Of a stretch of DNA of 64,000 bases, positions 25,409 through 38,996 are shown piece after piece; position 1 is the first letter of the stretch, and every line of letters begins with the position of its first letter. The DNA comes from Eledone cirrhosa (Eukaryota), in contig OZ024753.1 of NCBI GenBank assembly GCA_964016885.1, positions 12,648,001-12,712,000 on the forward strand, read 5' to 3'. The notes beneath the pieces were generated by a model, which saw only the letters and a list, made by a program, of their open reading frames with translations, had not been told where the DNA came from and searched no databases. The translations under genes were made by a program, and so were the position numbers.

Positions 25409-25731
25409 CTTACGCACGTGCTCAAGTAAAGCTCCTTTTACAAAACACTCGCCATCATCCATTTTTCTAAAAAACAATTCATACACAAAACGCCAACACA
25501 AACACTTTTGCAAGAGATTTCAACATGAATGGACCTATTATTTTTATCTAAAGACATTTTTTCCAATTCCATCCCGCCCGTCCACTTGATCTATTTTATT
25601 TCTCATTCTTTCTTCTGATGAAGGACTACCGTCCGAAACGTTAAGACCCTCTTCCTGCTATATCAAGCGTTAACCTAATATATACCTTCCATATACTGTA
25701 CCGATTTTGTTGTTATTTCTGTTTTCCTTTT
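25161..25731 (+). mobile_element. 3' end of a Penelope-like element (endonuclease C-terminus, UTR, hammerhead)
   Basis: IGSYSPLGLN matches the L-G-T-x-x-P-x-G-L-N end of PLE GIY-YIG domains; hammerhead at 25611; ends in (TA/CA)n. Confidence 0.6.
25611..25646 (+). ncRNA. Minimal type I hammerhead motif
   Basis: UCUU-CUGAUGA-A-GGAC uacc GUCC-GAAA-CG-UU-AAGA; stem III is a loop-less ACGU palindrome. Confidence 0.75.
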
Positions 25732-25835
25732 ACATACATACATATATATATATATACATACATATACATATATATACATATATATACATATATATATATA
25801 TACATATATACATATATATATATATACATATATAC

Positions 25836-25866
<31 letters not shown>

Positions 25867-25929
25867 CACATATATACATATATATATATATATACACATA
25901 TATACATATATATATATACACATATATAC

Positions 25930-25960
<31 letters not shown>

Positions 25961-25961
25961 C

Positions 25962-25992
<31 letters not shown>

Positions 25993-26029
25993 TATATACA
26001 TATATATATATACACATATATACATATAC

Positions 26030-26060
<31 letters not shown>

Positions 26061-26219
26061 CATATACATATATATACATATATATATACATATACATATA
26101 TATACATATATATATACATATACATATATATACATATATATATACATATACATATATATACATATATATATACATATACATATATATACATATATATATA
26201 CATATACATATATATATAC

Positions 26220-26373
<154 letters not shown>

Positions 26374-26404
26374 TGTATATAAGCATCACAGATATATGAG
26401 AAAC

Positions 26405-27550
26405 GACAACATATAGAAATGTAATGCAGAATGCAATTTCTGTCAAACTAGAAAATAACAGAAGGAAATTCAATAATCCTGTTTATTACAATTCACCTAA
26501 AAAATGAGAAGTAGATCTAAACAGCTTCTCTGATCAAATTCTGTCTTTGATCTTTCAGTCTATTTGAGACACTAATGCTAGGCAGGGTGAGCTAAAGGAG
26601 AAACTTCATTATGGCTCTGGTAGCGGATGTATAGAAAAAGAAGAGGTAGTACCTGTAGTAGTAGCAGCAGGTGCAGCAGTATTCGTATTATTATTATTAT
26701 TATTAGTAGTAGTAGTAGTAGGTGGACAACATATACAAATGTAATGTAGAATGCAATTTCTGTCAAACTAGAAAATAACAGAAGGAAATTCAATAATCCA
26801 GTCTATAACAATTCCCCCCAAAAATGGGAAGTAGATCTAAACAGCTTCTCTGATCAGATTCTGTCTTTGATCTTTCAGTCTATTTAGTAGAATATCGGAT
26901 AATAAACTATAGCTGTGATAGAATTCAAAGCAGATGTTTAGCTGGAACGAAATCTTAAATTCTAAGAGATGATAGTTGGGATTCCAATTTATGTTGGCAT
27001 TAGTTGTTTTTATTTTGCTTGTTTGATGTCTCTAGTATATCTGCTTTTATGCGTGGTTGAGAGTATATTTACTTAACTAAACCACGGCAAAGAGATCGAG
27101 GTAAAACTTATTTGAAGTAATTGATACATAAATTGTATGTAATGTGGTCATTTTGAGTCCATTCCCCCCTTCTGAACGAGGATTAATGGCACATTCACGG
27201 CAATACCGAGAAAGGTCCCGAACATATCCGGGAGAACGTAGCAAATAAATCGCTCACACCTTCGCCTTTCTGACATCTTAAGACGTAGGAGAGGTCCCAT
27301 TAGCCGGATATGTGAAATCGTCGTAATAAACCTGCTGGCAGAGTTCTTTTCTCGAGACCTGATGTGTGCAGACGAGTTTGGAGACCAAACTCGATACTGA
27401 AGGATGTTCTTGAAGATGAAACTGTATTGTAAGCAGAGGAAATTGAGACAGTAATGCTAGGCAGGGTGAGCTAAAGGAGAAACTTCATCATGGTACTGTT
27501 AACGGATGTATAGCAAAAGAAGAGGTAGTACCTGTAGTAGTAGCAGCAAC
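26405..27550. repeat. Local direct duplication (A-B-A-X-B)
   Basis: A at 26405-26565 and 26725-26885; B at 26565-26670 and 27443-27548; X includes an RTE relic at about 27170-27430 (-). Confidence 0.75.
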
Positions 27551-27581
27551 AGTAGTAGTAGTTTAGTATTATTATTATTAT

Positions 27582-27647
<66 letters not shown>

Positions 27648-27908
27648 ACTATGTAAACAAAATCCCTTTTGGTTACGCTTATGAATTATATTACCAATGT
27701 TCATAATTTTATTTCTATTCTAAAATAAAAAATTAAAAACTGAAATTTGAATTTATTGTCTGGATGGATTTTTTTCTAAATCTTGTGAAATTTTATAAGG
27801 AGTGTTAAAGTAAAGAATTGCAATTTGCATTTGATATGTCATTGTTACAGCTGACACACACACACATGCACGCACGCACACACACATGCATGCACGCACA
27901 CACACATG

Positions 27909-27942
<34 letters not shown>

Positions 27943-27945
<3 letters not shown>

Positions 27946-28370
27946 TATTCAAAATATTAACAAATGAAAGCTATTCACATAATCAACACATATGCTTTAT
28001 TATATATATTTCAAAGGTACTGTGTTGTTTTTTTCAGTACGTCTTCATGAGATAAAATATATGATATGATTTGTTATATGACATACAATTATACAATTCC
28101 AGTCTGCCAATACTGGAATTGTATAATCAAGATCGTAGCGGTAGGCCATATATCAATTCATATATTTTATCTGATGAAGGCGTACTGAAAAAAACAACAG
28201 AGTACCTTTGAAATATATATAATAAAGCATATGTTTTGATTATGTGAATATCTTTCATTTGTTAATATTTGAATAATATTAAAACTGCAGGAAAACTTTA
28301 ATGTTGAGTGCTTTTAATCTATTGTAAAATTGTATTCATTGAGTAATCAACGAACCATATTAATCTTTTG

Positions 28371-28373
<3 letters not shown>
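27943..28373 (+). mobile_element. Fold-back element family C with a hammerhead on each strand
   Basis: Arms about 27943-28065 / 28158-28279 plus an inner hairpin; tail with TTGAGTGC. Confidence 0.8.
28165..28227 (+). ncRNA. Type I hammerhead ribozyme motif
   Basis: UUUUAU-CUGAUGA-AGGcGUACU..AGUACCUUu-GAAA-UAUAUAUA-AUAAAG. Confidence 0.8.
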
Positions 28374-28413
<40 letters not shown>

Positions 28414-28414
28414 C

Positions 28415-28482
28415 GCAATTTACACCTGAAGATGTCGCCGGGTTCTTACACAACCTGGTCACTGAAATATGCTAGTGTTTGC
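28415..28482 (+). ncRNA. Solo type I hammerhead motif between two (TA)n tracts
   Basis: ACAC-CUGAAGA-ugucGCCGGGUU cuuacac AACCUGGUcacu-GAAA-UAUGC-UA-GUGU. Confidence 0.7.
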
Positions 28483-28517
28483 AGAAACCATCATATTTGG
28501 CCTCCTCTCATTTCACT

Positions 28518-28577
<60 letters not shown>

Positions 28578-28581
<4 letters not shown>

Positions 28582-29004
28582 AAAGAATAGAGGTGTAACA
28601 CACAAGTTATTATATATTGGTAAACGGAATAGAAAATGCTGACAAATTGTTCACAGTTGAAAAATGGTTTAATTAGGAATAAAAGAGTATTAGTGATTGT
28701 ATGGGTTAGTATTCAGTTGTGGTTTTAAATTTTTAAGTTTTTACCGGTTGCGCATTTCTAAATGCTTTTCAAAAATAATTTTGAGATAGAGTGTCCGTGC
28801 TGTTTGCTCTGATCAGCACGGACACTCTATCTCAAAATTATTTTTGAAAAGCATTTAGAAATGCGCAACCGGTAAAAACTTAAACACTTAAAACCACAAC
28901 TGAATACTAACCCATACAATCACTAATACTCTTTTATTCCTAATTAAACCATTTTTCAACTATGAACAATTTGTCAGCATTTTCTATTCCGTTTACCAAT
29001 ATAT
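28578..29004 (-). mobile_element. Fold-back element, about 190-bp near-perfect arms, variant-core hammerhead-like motif
   Basis: Arms 28612-28802 / 28814-29004; UUGAAAA-GCAUU uaga AAUGC-GCAA-CCGG-UA. Confidence 0.8.
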
Positions 29005-29352
29005 ATATATATATATATATATATTTTAAAGGTACCCATTTACGTGTATTGTATTGAAGTAAATAACTATGTGGCTACTCGAGGAGTTTACTTAAAGTTA
29101 CATATTGAGTACGATGACATGAAACCGGAACTAGCAGTGAAACCCATGCTAGTTCCATTAACTTATTATTATTATTGTTATTATCATTTTATATATTGAA
29201 ATGAAAACAAGGACCATTGGTTACTCCTTCATTACATTTATTGGTAGGTGACGCGCGTTTCGCCACTGATATCCTTATATATATATATTTATTGCTATAT
29301 ATTTATCCTTATCGAGCCTTCTTTGGATTTTAGTCTTCAAATTTATTATTAT

Positions 29353-29414
<62 letters not shown>

Positions 29415-29416
29415 AT

Positions 29417-29599
29417 AAACAGAAAGGATATTCAATTTGTTGGTAATTCAACAAACATAAATGCTTTATAACTGATTCACAGCACAAAACACACTTTGTA
29501 TTTTATCTGATGAAAGCGTACCAACGTTTCTGGTACCCTTGCAATATATATAATAGAATAAATATGGTTTTATTTATATAGTTTCCATTTATTTAATAT

Positions 29600-29606
<7 letters not shown>
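29417..29606. mobile_element. Family A copy: minus-strand tail joined to plus-strand hammerhead arm
   Basis: CTGATGA-aagcGTACCA..TGGTACcctt-GCAA-TATATATA-ATAGAATA (A13C change). Confidence 0.7.
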
Positions 29607-29645
<39 letters not shown>

Positions 29646-29672
29646 CCACAATGCTTCAAGCAAACTTCAACA

Positions 29673-29761
<89 letters not shown>

Positions 29762-30929
29762 TGCAGTGATTCTACTTGATCAAATTATTTCAACGGTTCC
29801 AATCTGGCATACCAACTTCTTACGCGTGATTTCCCAAAGGAATTGTGTGAATCACTGTAATTGATCAGTAAATTATACTGAAATGCAACGCAAATCATCT
29901 GCAATGAAAATGGACTGCACATGTTTTCATAATATATATTGATTCAGCAAATGAAATGCATTGAAATCATTTAGATTAAGATGTAGCGGCGTTGCTTGTC
30001 TTGTATAACTAAAGACTGGTACAGTAATCACCGGAATACTATTACAATTCATATTCGTTATTCAGTATTTAGTATTGAATGTGTCTAAGACAGAGCTCCT
30101 ATATATCTATTTTGATATAAAGAAAGTAGATTTTAAGAGGTAAGTTAACCATGGGCATTGATTATGATTGTAAAGATGGAACATTTAGAACAGAACACAG
30201 CATCAAGAGGTTTGAATGGTGAAGGTAAAGCAGCAACATCGAAACGAGAAACATGATCTATTCAACGTGAGAACAATTAATAAAATAACAGTAGATATAC
30301 TTAAGTTGATTTAGCTATATAGAAATAGATTTTATTCCGTTGAATAAGATTTGGCGAACATGATAAGCTATTGATTAAGTATTTACTTGTAGTATGTTAA
30401 ATAATCTTTTGGGATTTATATGCTGTATGTGATGTAATGCGGATATGCATTAGTTTCTGCTCAAAAAAACATCTGCAGCATAGCTTTGTAAGCCCTACTC
30501 GTGCACGTATCTAGCATACGGCAGGATGTTGAAGTGGAGAAATTGTGCATGTTTAGGATACAGGTATTAAAATGACATCATTCACTGACTATGGTGAAAT
30601 ATGCAACACGATACAATAACAGATAAAATAACAAAGAATTCAGCTCAACCGACGCAAAATGGAATTAATAACTAAGAAGATATGAATAGTGTTGCTGTTA
30701 AGACGAGAAACCTAGTAGAAGGATTAATAGAGAAAAGTACTTGATGTCTTATGCAATAGTTGGGGGGATCTGGGGCCTGATATGCGAGTTCTTGAGCTGT
30801 ATAATATAGAGTTCTAGCGTTGGAGACAAACAAGTCAGAACAAGAGAACAACATTTTACTCTTACCCTCTCTCTTTCTACCTCCTTATATATACGTGCTT
30901 TCATTTTGAAAACACAAGTATATCTCCAT

Positions 30930-31350
30930 GTATAAATATATATATATAAATATATGAATATATATATATATATAAATATATGAATATATATATATATATA
31001 AATATATGAATATATATATATATATAAATATATGAATATATATATATATATAAATATATGAATATATATATATATATAAATATATGAATATATATATATA
31101 TATAAATATATGAATATATATATATATATAAATATATGAATATATATATATATATAAATATATGAATATATATATATATATAAATATATGAATATATATA
31201 TATATATAAATATATGAATATATATATATATATAAATATATGAATATATATATATATATAAATATATGAATATATATATATATAAATATATGAATATATA
31301 TATATATAAATATATGAATATATATATATATATATATATATATGAATATA

Positions 31351-31384
<34 letters not shown>

Positions 31385-31402
31385 TATATATATATATATA
31401 TA

Positions 31403-31470
<68 letters not shown>

Positions 31471-31600
31471 TATATATATATATATATATGAATATATATA
31501 TATATATATATATGAATATATATATATGAATATATATATATATATATATGAATATATATATATATATATGAATATATATATATACATATATATATATATA

Positions 31601-31644
<44 letters not shown>

Positions 31645-31735
31645 TATATATATATACATATATATATATATATGAATATATATATATACATATATATATA
31701 TATGAATATATATATATACATATATATATATATGA

Positions 31736-31767
<32 letters not shown>

Positions 31768-31769
31768 GA

Positions 31770-31801
<32 letters not shown>

Positions 31802-31803
31802 GA

Positions 31804-31839
<36 letters not shown>

Positions 31840-31959
31840 GAATATATATATATATATATATATATATGAATATATATATATACATATATATATATATGAA
31901 TATATATATATACATATATATATATATGAATATATATATATACATATATATATATATGA

Positions 31960-31991
<32 letters not shown>

Positions 31992-31993
31992 GA

Positions 31994-32027
<34 letters not shown>

Positions 32028-32029
32028 GA

Positions 32030-32065
<36 letters not shown>

Positions 32066-32067
32066 GA

Positions 32068-32103
<36 letters not shown>

Positions 32104-32105
32104 GA

Positions 32106-32141
<36 letters not shown>

Positions 32142-32142
32142 G

Positions 32143-32176
<34 letters not shown>

Positions 32177-32177
32177 A

Positions 32178-32245
<68 letters not shown>

Positions 32246-32378
32246 GAATATATATATATATATATATATATATGAATATATATATATATATATATGAATA
32301 TATATATATATATATATATGAATATATATATATATATGAATATATATATATATATGAATATATATCTATATCTATATA

Positions 32379-32436
<58 letters not shown>
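30930..32436. repeat. 1.5-kb (TA)n-derived minisatellite (TATATATGAA variants)
   Basis: Direct reading; abuts the LINE 3' end. Confidence 0.95.
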
Positions 32437-32437
<1 letters not shown>

Positions 32438-32521
32438 CTTTGAATAACTTTGAAATGTTTTGGCCAGTATTGGCCCAGGCCATGTCTAACTTAATAGCAC
32501 CACCTGGCGAAGTCTTTCAAT

Positions 32522-35500
32522 TCAGGATTTGGGCACCATGGCCCATTCGAGAAGAGAATTACTGTTTGCGGAGACATATCCGGGTGTGGGTGGTTTGTCC
32601 GGGATTACTTGGAGGAATTTGTCCAAAGACTTCTTGAATTTTGTGTGGTCAGTTTCTGTTTTGACGTGTCCTGGTGTGATCTTGAAGAGAGCAGGGCCGA
32701 TTGAGGTGAAATAATTGTGCCGTATTGTTGTTATGAGTTGCGATTTAGATTTTTGAATGGGACGGATAGCACAGGGCCCAAGCCTTGGGTGTATCTTGAA
32801 GGCGATGCCAACATCATTTGGGCAGTGATGATGGAACATTTTCCACATCATGCAGATAATATAACGCTCACGGCGACGTTGGAGTGAGTAAAGTTTCAGG
32901 TTTTCTAATCGACCCCAGTAGTCAAGGTCTGACATGCCATCTATCTTTTTCGTGATTGCCCTTTGAGGAGCTTCAAGTTTCATGATACTTTGTTTCGTGT
33001 GGGGAGACCACAGTGGACAACAGTATTCAAGGTGTGGTCGGGCGAAAGTAGAGAAGAGAAGGATAATGGTACGGGAATCTCTCGACTGGAAGGTTCTGAG
33101 AATCCAGGAACACATTCTGCGGGCCATGTCAACTTTGCTGCTTATATGCGTGGTCCAGCTTATGTTGCTGTCCACGGTTACTCCCAAGTCTCTGATGTTG
33201 TTAGATGCCACGAGAGTTTCCCCGGAGGGAAGGAAGTACGGGAGTTTCAGAGCATCCTCTTTTCCAAAGTGGATCAGTTCGAATTTGTCTTCGTTCAGTA
33301 ACATGTTGTTCTTTTCTGCCCATTGGGTAACAGCCAGTAGGTCTGACTGAAGGCTTATCCGGTCATCCACGCCATTGATGACCTTTTGGAGCTTGGAATC
33401 ATCAGCGAAAATGTTAATGTTGCTGTGTTTGATGATGTCAGTGATGTCATTAATATACATGATGAAGAGAAGTGGGCCCAACACAGTGCCTTGTGGGACC
33501 CCACTACTGACTTTGGCTGGGCTTGATTTGACTCCCTCAACTACAACATGTTGGGTTCTGTTTGACAGGAAGCTCTTGATCCACTGCAGCAGCTTTCCAG
33601 TGACACCAATATTGGACAGCTTTCTCAGTAGAATGTTATGATCAACCCTGTCAAAGGCCTTGCTGAAATCAAGGTAGATAACATCAGTGTTGGAACCCTC
33701 TCCCAAGGCTCTCAAAATGTCATCAAAGTGATGCAGTAGCTGCGTCAGGCAATCCCTTCCATTACGGAATCCATGCTGGTTGGAGTTCAGCATATTGTTA
33801 CTCTCAAGGAAGTGGGTCATTCGCGATCTCACCACTCTCTCAAATACCTTAATGATATGAGAGGTGAGTGAGATTGGACGGTAATTCACGGCAAGGGATT
33901 TGTTTCCCTTTTTGAAAACTGGGACAACAGACTGGGATAGAAGGTTTTCTGGCACATATCCAGCATCCAGTGAGTTCCGCCACAGATTGGCAGGAGGAGA
34001 TGCAAGTTGGTGTTGACACGCCTTCAAGACACAAGCAGGGAACCTATCGGGACCTACTGCTGAATTATGCTTGATTTCCTTTATTGCCGCCAAGACATCA
34101 GGGGCGCCAAACGTTATGTCCGATAAGGTGTAATGGGGAGTAACATCGCCGATACAGCCCAGATCGGCCATATTAGGATTGCTGAAAACAGAGCAGTATT
34201 GTTTCTGCAGTATCTCACCCATGGTTTTAGCATTGTCTTGAAGAGTGCCATTTTCATCAATTAGAGGGCCAACAGTAGAGCCAGTGATTTTGTGTTTTTT
34301 TGCAAATGAAAAGAACACTTTGGGATTGAGTTTGATCTTCTCAATGGCCCAGGCCTCTTCAGCTCTTCTCTGATTGTTGATGAGGGACATTATGTTGTTT
34401 TGGAGGTTATCTTTTTTAATCTCTAGTGATGAAATGGCAGTCAAGTTGATGTGTTGCTGCTGACAGTATTTCAGCTTGTTGATTTTTTTGTTCGTTCTCT
34501 TAATTTTTCTGATGAGCGTTTTTCTATTTCTAGGGATTCTGCTCTTAGATTTGTTTATAGTTCTTAATGGGGTGTGTTTAGCACATATGTTTGTAACAGT
34601 GTCCACAAATGTCTGCCAGGACTTTTTGATGTTAGTGGGTGTATGAGTGTGCGTGAAGGACCAGTCGACATGTGCAAGATCATGACTGATCGCTTCCCAG
34701 TTTGCATTGTGGAAATCCATAGCGTCAAACGGATGGACAGGAGAGATGACATTGGGTTTGTATATTGGACGGTGGAATCTCAGATCACAGAGAACCATGT
34801 CATGATCAGAGAGTAGAGTTTTCTCCACTGCAATATTGTGGATATTGTCAGTGTGATTGCTGAAAATTAAGTCTAGGACGTTTTTGTGGCACCTCGTTGG
34901 TTCGAGCACCAGTTGGGATAGGAAGAAATCATCCATGAAGTCAAGAAGCGATTCCACAGCTTCCCTGTCAGAGGTTGAGGCAGAAGAACCTGGTGGCAGG
35001 CTGTTTGTGGACCAGTCAACTCCGGGGAGGTTGAAGTCCCCCATCATTAAGATGTTGTCAGGGTGACACTCTTGGATGAAACACTTTATGCTGTTGAGGC
35101 ATTCCTTGAAGCATGGTACAGGCGTTTGGGGTGGCCTATAGAGCCCAACTACTAATAGGTTATTGGTCTGACTGAATACAGTGACTGCTTCACAGTATCC
35201 ATTAGTGAATATGTTCATAGCCTCTGTTGAGAAAGAATTATGGACATAAATGGCAGTTCCGCCCTTTCTTCTGCCAGCGCGATCAGCACGGATGGCTTTG
35301 AAATTTTTCACTTTCACCTCGGCTTCCACGTGGAGGTTACTGAGATGGGTTTCAGTGAGGACGAAGAAAGGGATGTGGTTTGGATGGACATCAATCCAGT
35401 CCTCCAGGAATTTGATCTTCCATTTTTGAGTATTGGTGGAAGGGCTGATGCCTTGGGCGTTAAGCAAAAATGTAGAGGCGAGAGTGGATGGTTTTAATTG

Positions 35501-35542
35501 TTTTGGTGTGTTGTTAATTTGTTTGTTTGTTAATGGCAGCAA
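32522..35542 (-). CDS. LINE ORF2: APE endonuclease plus reverse transcriptase
   Basis: LTETHL, YRPP, GDFNLP, LDLIF, SDH; [32 protein letters not shown]; C-terminal SLQRRRERY; begins at TTG. Confidence 0.95.
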   Translation of the reverse strand: MLPLTNKQINNTPKQLKPSTLASTFLLNAQGISPSTNTQKWKIKFLEDWIDVHPNHIPFFVLTETHLSNLHVEAEVKVKNFKAIRADRAGRRKGGTAIYVHNSFSTEAMNIFTNGYCEAVTVFSQTNNLLVVGLYRPPQTPVPCFKECLNSIKCFIQECHPDNILMMGDFNLPGVDWSTNSLPPGSSASTSDREAVESLLDFMDDFFLSQLVLEPTRCHKNVLDLIFSNHTDNIHNIAVEKTLLSDHDMVLCDLRFHRPIYKPNVISPVHPFDAMDFHNANWEAISHDLAHVDWSFTHTHTPTNIKKSWQTFVDTVTNICAKHTPLRTINKSKSRIPRNRKTLIRKIKRTNKKINKLKYCQQQHINLTAISSLEIKKDNLQNNIMSLINNQRRAEEAWAIEKIKLNPKVFFSFAKKHKITGSTVGPLIDENGTLQDNAKTMGEILQKQYCSVFSNPNMADLGCIGDVTPHYTLSDITFGAPDVLAAIKEIKHNSAVGPDRFPACVLKACQHQLASPPANLWRNSLDAGYVPENLLSQSVVPVFKKGNKSLAVNYRPISLTSHIIKVFERVVRSRMTHFLESNNMLNSNQHGFRNGRDCLTQLLHHFDDILRALGEGSNTDVIYLDFSKAFDRVDHNILLRKLSNIGVTGKLLQWIKSFLSNRTQHVVVEGVKSSPAKVSSGVPQGTVLGPLLFIMYINDITDIIKHSNINIFADDSKLQKVINGVDDRISLQSDLLAVTQWAEKNNMLLNEDKFELIHFGKEDALKLPYFLPSGETLVASNNIRDLGVTVDSNISWTTHISSKVDMARRMCSWILRTFQSRDSRTIILLFSTFARPHLEYCCPLWSPHTKQSIMKLEAPQRAITKKIDGMSDLDYWGRLENLKLYSLQRRRERYIICMMWKMFHHHCPNDVGIAFKIHPRLGPCAIRPIQKSKSQLITTIRHNYFTSIGPALFKITPGHVKTETDHTKFKKSLDKFLQVIPDKPPTPGYVSANSNSLLEWAMVPKS

Positions 35543-36672
35543 TGGGAGTTTGTGCAGTGGGGTGACAGTGGAGGGTGGTGCTGGGTGATAGCTCGAATGT
35601 TTTTTTCCAGTTCTTTTGCCAGATTCATTATGGCTAAAAAAGAGGAAGAAGTTTCCTGTTTAGAAGACTGTTGGTGACTGTGGTAGTGGTTATTTTTATG
35701 TAGGTTATGGTTTTTGTTTTTGCTTTTATTTTTAATTTTATTTTCATTTGTCCGACGGGTCCCCGGGAGATGGGAAAAGGGACAATCCCGGTCTAAACAC
35801 AATCTGTCTCGCAGGGAAAAGCGGCAGATTTGTGGATTCCTTGTTTGAGTTATTGGTGGTTGTGTTGGTGTTAAATTAGAGTATGTATTATGGTGGTGGC
35901 TGTTTGTGGGGATAGATCGTTTTGTCCTAGGTAAATGGGTGAATTTGCAGCCACTATCCGTACATATTCTATAGCGTAGAGAGTAGCGGCAAATGATGGG
36001 GTTTCGAGTGGGTGGGTATGTGGGTGTGTGTGTTGTGAGAGGTGTAGATGATGGTTTGGGTAGGATTTGACGACCTTTGTGGACTGTGGGAGGGAGAGTT
36101 CTTGTTCTGGTATTAGAAGGTAAATTCCTTGACATAGCAGTAGACAAAAATGTTGTAGTAGTAGTAGTAGTAGTAGGCAGAGATGTTGGCAGTGGTGATG
36201 ATTGGACTGCTGGGCCAGAGAAAGGATGTGGCGTTTCATGCTGTGAGACAGAGGCTACTGGGGGGTCAATAGTTTCATTTAGTAGATCGGCCATTGTTGA
36301 TGAATCAAGGAGTGGTTCACACTGTTGTTGTCGTTGTTGTTGTTGCTGTTGTTGATGATGTTGTTGTAGCTGTTGTTGTTGTTGCCGTTGTAGCTGCTGT
36401 TGTTGTTGTAGCTGGACAGCATACGAAGAAAAAACACACCGTAGTTTATCCAAATGTTTATTGATTAATTTAAAAGCAATTTCGATTTGCTTTAATTTAT
36501 TTTGAATCTGTTGTTCAGATCGAGTTTTCAAAAATTGAACTGTACGTTTAGCAATGTCGTTCAGAGATGAAGCATGTATGTCTTCTGTTTGGGTAAGGCA
36601 ATGCCATGTGTTTATTAGAATGTCGATTTCATTATCAGACCAGTTCTGTTTGGATTTTTGCTGGTTAGCCAT
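35530..36672 (-). CDS. LINE ORF1: Myb/SANT-like N-terminus, polyQ, two CCCH zinc fingers
   Basis: WSDNEIDILI..W..RSEQQIQNKLK; CRYSLRYRICTDSGCKFTH and CRFSLRDRLCLDRDCPFSH (C-x8-C-x4-C-x3-H). Confidence 0.85.
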   Translation of the reverse strand: MANQQKSKQNWSDNEIDILINTWHCLTQTEDIHASSLNDIAKRTVQFLKTRSEQQIQNKLKQIEIAFKLINKHLDKLRCVFSSYAVQLQQQQQLQRQQQQQLQQHHQQQQQQQRQQQCEPLLDSSTMADLLNETIDPPVASVSQHETPHPFSGPAVQSSPLPTSLPTTTTTTTTFLSTAMSRNLPSNTRTRTLPPTVHKGRQILPKPSSTPLTTHTPTYPPTRNPIICRYSLRYRICTDSGCKFTHLPRTKRSIPTNSHHHNTYSNLTPTQPPITQTRNPQICRFSLRDRLCLDRDCPFSHLPGTRRTNENKIKNKSKNKNHNLHKNNHYHSHQQSSKQETSSSFLAIMNLAKELEKNIRAITQHHPPLSPHCTNSHCCH

Positions 36673-37479
36673 TCTAGTTTTGAGTGTGTGTGTGTTTTAG
36701 TTAAGTATTTCAATATATATATATATATATTTTTTTTTATTTATTTTTGATTTATTTTTGTTTTTTGTTTTTGTTTTTCTTGTGTGTGAGTGAGAAGAGT
36801 ATATATATAAATATGAGTATATATATATATATATGTATATTCTGGTTATTTGAAATTAATTAAGTTAATGAAAAGACGAAAGTATATAATAATAATTTGT
36901 AGTTAAAGGAAAATGTACTCACAAGTTCGAAAACACGTGGTTTCAAATATATAATAATATAGATGTATGTAAATGTATTAACCGGTCAATTTTCAAATAT
37001 ATAATAATATAGATGTATGTAAATGTATTAACCGGTCAATTTTTGTTTGTTTGGTTTTGTTTTAGTGGTTTTGTTTTGTGGCTGTGTGACTTGCTGCTTA
37101 CATATATATATGCATATATGAATATATATATATATAAATATATATATATATGCATATATGAATATATATATATATAAATATATATATATATGCATATATG
37201 AATATATATATATATAAATATATATATATATGCATATATGAATATATATATATATAAAATATATATATGCATATATGAATATATATATATATATATATAT
37301 ATATGCATATATGAATGTATATATATATATATATGCATAGATGAATATATATATATATATATATGCATATATATATATATATATGCATAGATGAATATAT
37401 ATATATATATATATGCATATATGAATATATGAATATATATATATATATATATATATATGCATATATGAATATGCATATA

Positions 37480-37524
<45 letters not shown>

Positions 37525-37616
37525 CTTGGGGAGGGTCATATTGTTATAATATTGCCAGAAATAATAACAGAAGATACTTTATTTCTGGCAATATTATGAC
37601 GTATATATATATGGAG

Positions 37617-37702
<86 letters not shown>

Positions 37703-37780
37703 ACAACAGTGACATAAACTCGTCCTCTGGACTGAATGAACTTACCCTTGGATATATCCACCTAACTTTCAATACAGTTT

Positions 37781-37845
<65 letters not shown>

Positions 37846-38195
37846 ACCAAAGTTTGATATGGTTCATAGATTACTCAATGAATATAGTTTTACAATAGAT
37901 TAAAAGCATTCTACAGCGAAAAATGTTTTCTGGAATTATTATTTAGAAGAATAATAAATGAAGACATTCACATAATCAAAATCTGTTTTATTATATATAT
38001 TTCGAAGGTACAGTGCTGTTTTTTCAGTACGTCCTCGTCAGATAAAATACATGAATTGAGGTATGTCATACAGCAACTCATGTATTTTATCTGACGAGGA
38101 CGTACTGAAAAAAACAGCACAGTACCTTCGAAATATATATAATAAAACATATTTTGATTATGTGAATGTCTTCATTTATTATTATTCTGAATTAT
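37846..38195 (-). mobile_element. Fold-back element family C with two intact-core hammerheads
   Basis: Arms about 37946-38058 / 38074-38188; motifs 37986-38047 (-) and 38085-38147 (+). Confidence 0.85.
38085..38147 (+). ncRNA. Type I hammerhead ribozyme motif (canonical core)
   Basis: UUUUAU-CUGACGA-GGAcGUACUG..CAGUACcUUC-GAAA-UAUAUAUA-AUAAAA. Confidence 0.85.
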
Positions 38196-38469
38196 ATCTA
38201 TATATAATAAGAAAGATGATTTTATTGGTACATCTTCATTTTATTGACTAATTCATTATATGTATTTCAAAAATGTAAAAGTACGTATAATGAACTAGGC
38301 GATAGAATTTAGATGTACGAATAAAACCGTCTCTCTAATTTATTATACTAAAACTTGGGGCGATACCTTACAGAGAAATCCGCCAGGTGCTTCACGCCTG
38401 ATTTCTAAAACGTCGGCAGAAAGTTGATCAACCATCTTTCATCAACCGAATAAAATATATACATACATA

Positions 38470-38520
<51 letters not shown>

Positions 38521-38774
38521 GTGAATAACGATCAAAGAGTGTTTAAAACATTGGAGTAGATATCTGTTCCGATGGTGTCGGCCTTGTGATAGGATGAAAC
38601 GATCGTAAGTTATTAAATATTTTAAACACCCTTTGATTGTCATTTACACTATATTCAGCTCTGTACTATACTTGTTATTTTACATTGAGCTATTTTTATA
38701 CTTGTAACTGGGTAATATTTATTATTACCCTCATTATATATATATCCATATATAGCTGCAATTATACACACACA

Positions 38775-38817
<43 letters not shown>

Positions 38818-38820
<3 letters not shown>

Positions 38821-38959
38821 AACGAGTAGGACCCCGACGGCTGAGCTCAAGCCGTTTCGACGGCTAATTCTACTCGTTCCTATTACCCACTCTACTACCC
38901 TAAGTATTGAGTACTTTGGTGCGTGAGGGTCCACCTGGTTCCTTACCACATTTCCTTCG

Positions 38960-38961
<2 letters not shown>
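38818..38961 (+). mobile_element. Family D copy in (TA)n
   Basis: Inverted arm plus tail shared with 50834-51040, 5220-5300 and 63912-64000. Confidence 0.65.

Positions 38962-38996
<35 letters not shown>

Larger units (their letters stand above)
32437..37097 (-). mobile_element. Apparently full-length CR1/L2-group LINE
   Basis: ORF1 and ORF2 uninterrupted; short 3' UTR ending (TTCAAAGTTA)2 then (TA)n; 5' boundary approximate. Confidence 0.88.

Noticed and set aside
32529-35497. Short plus-strand and alternate-frame ORFs inside the LINE
   Set aside because: Shadows of ORF2 with no independent motifs.
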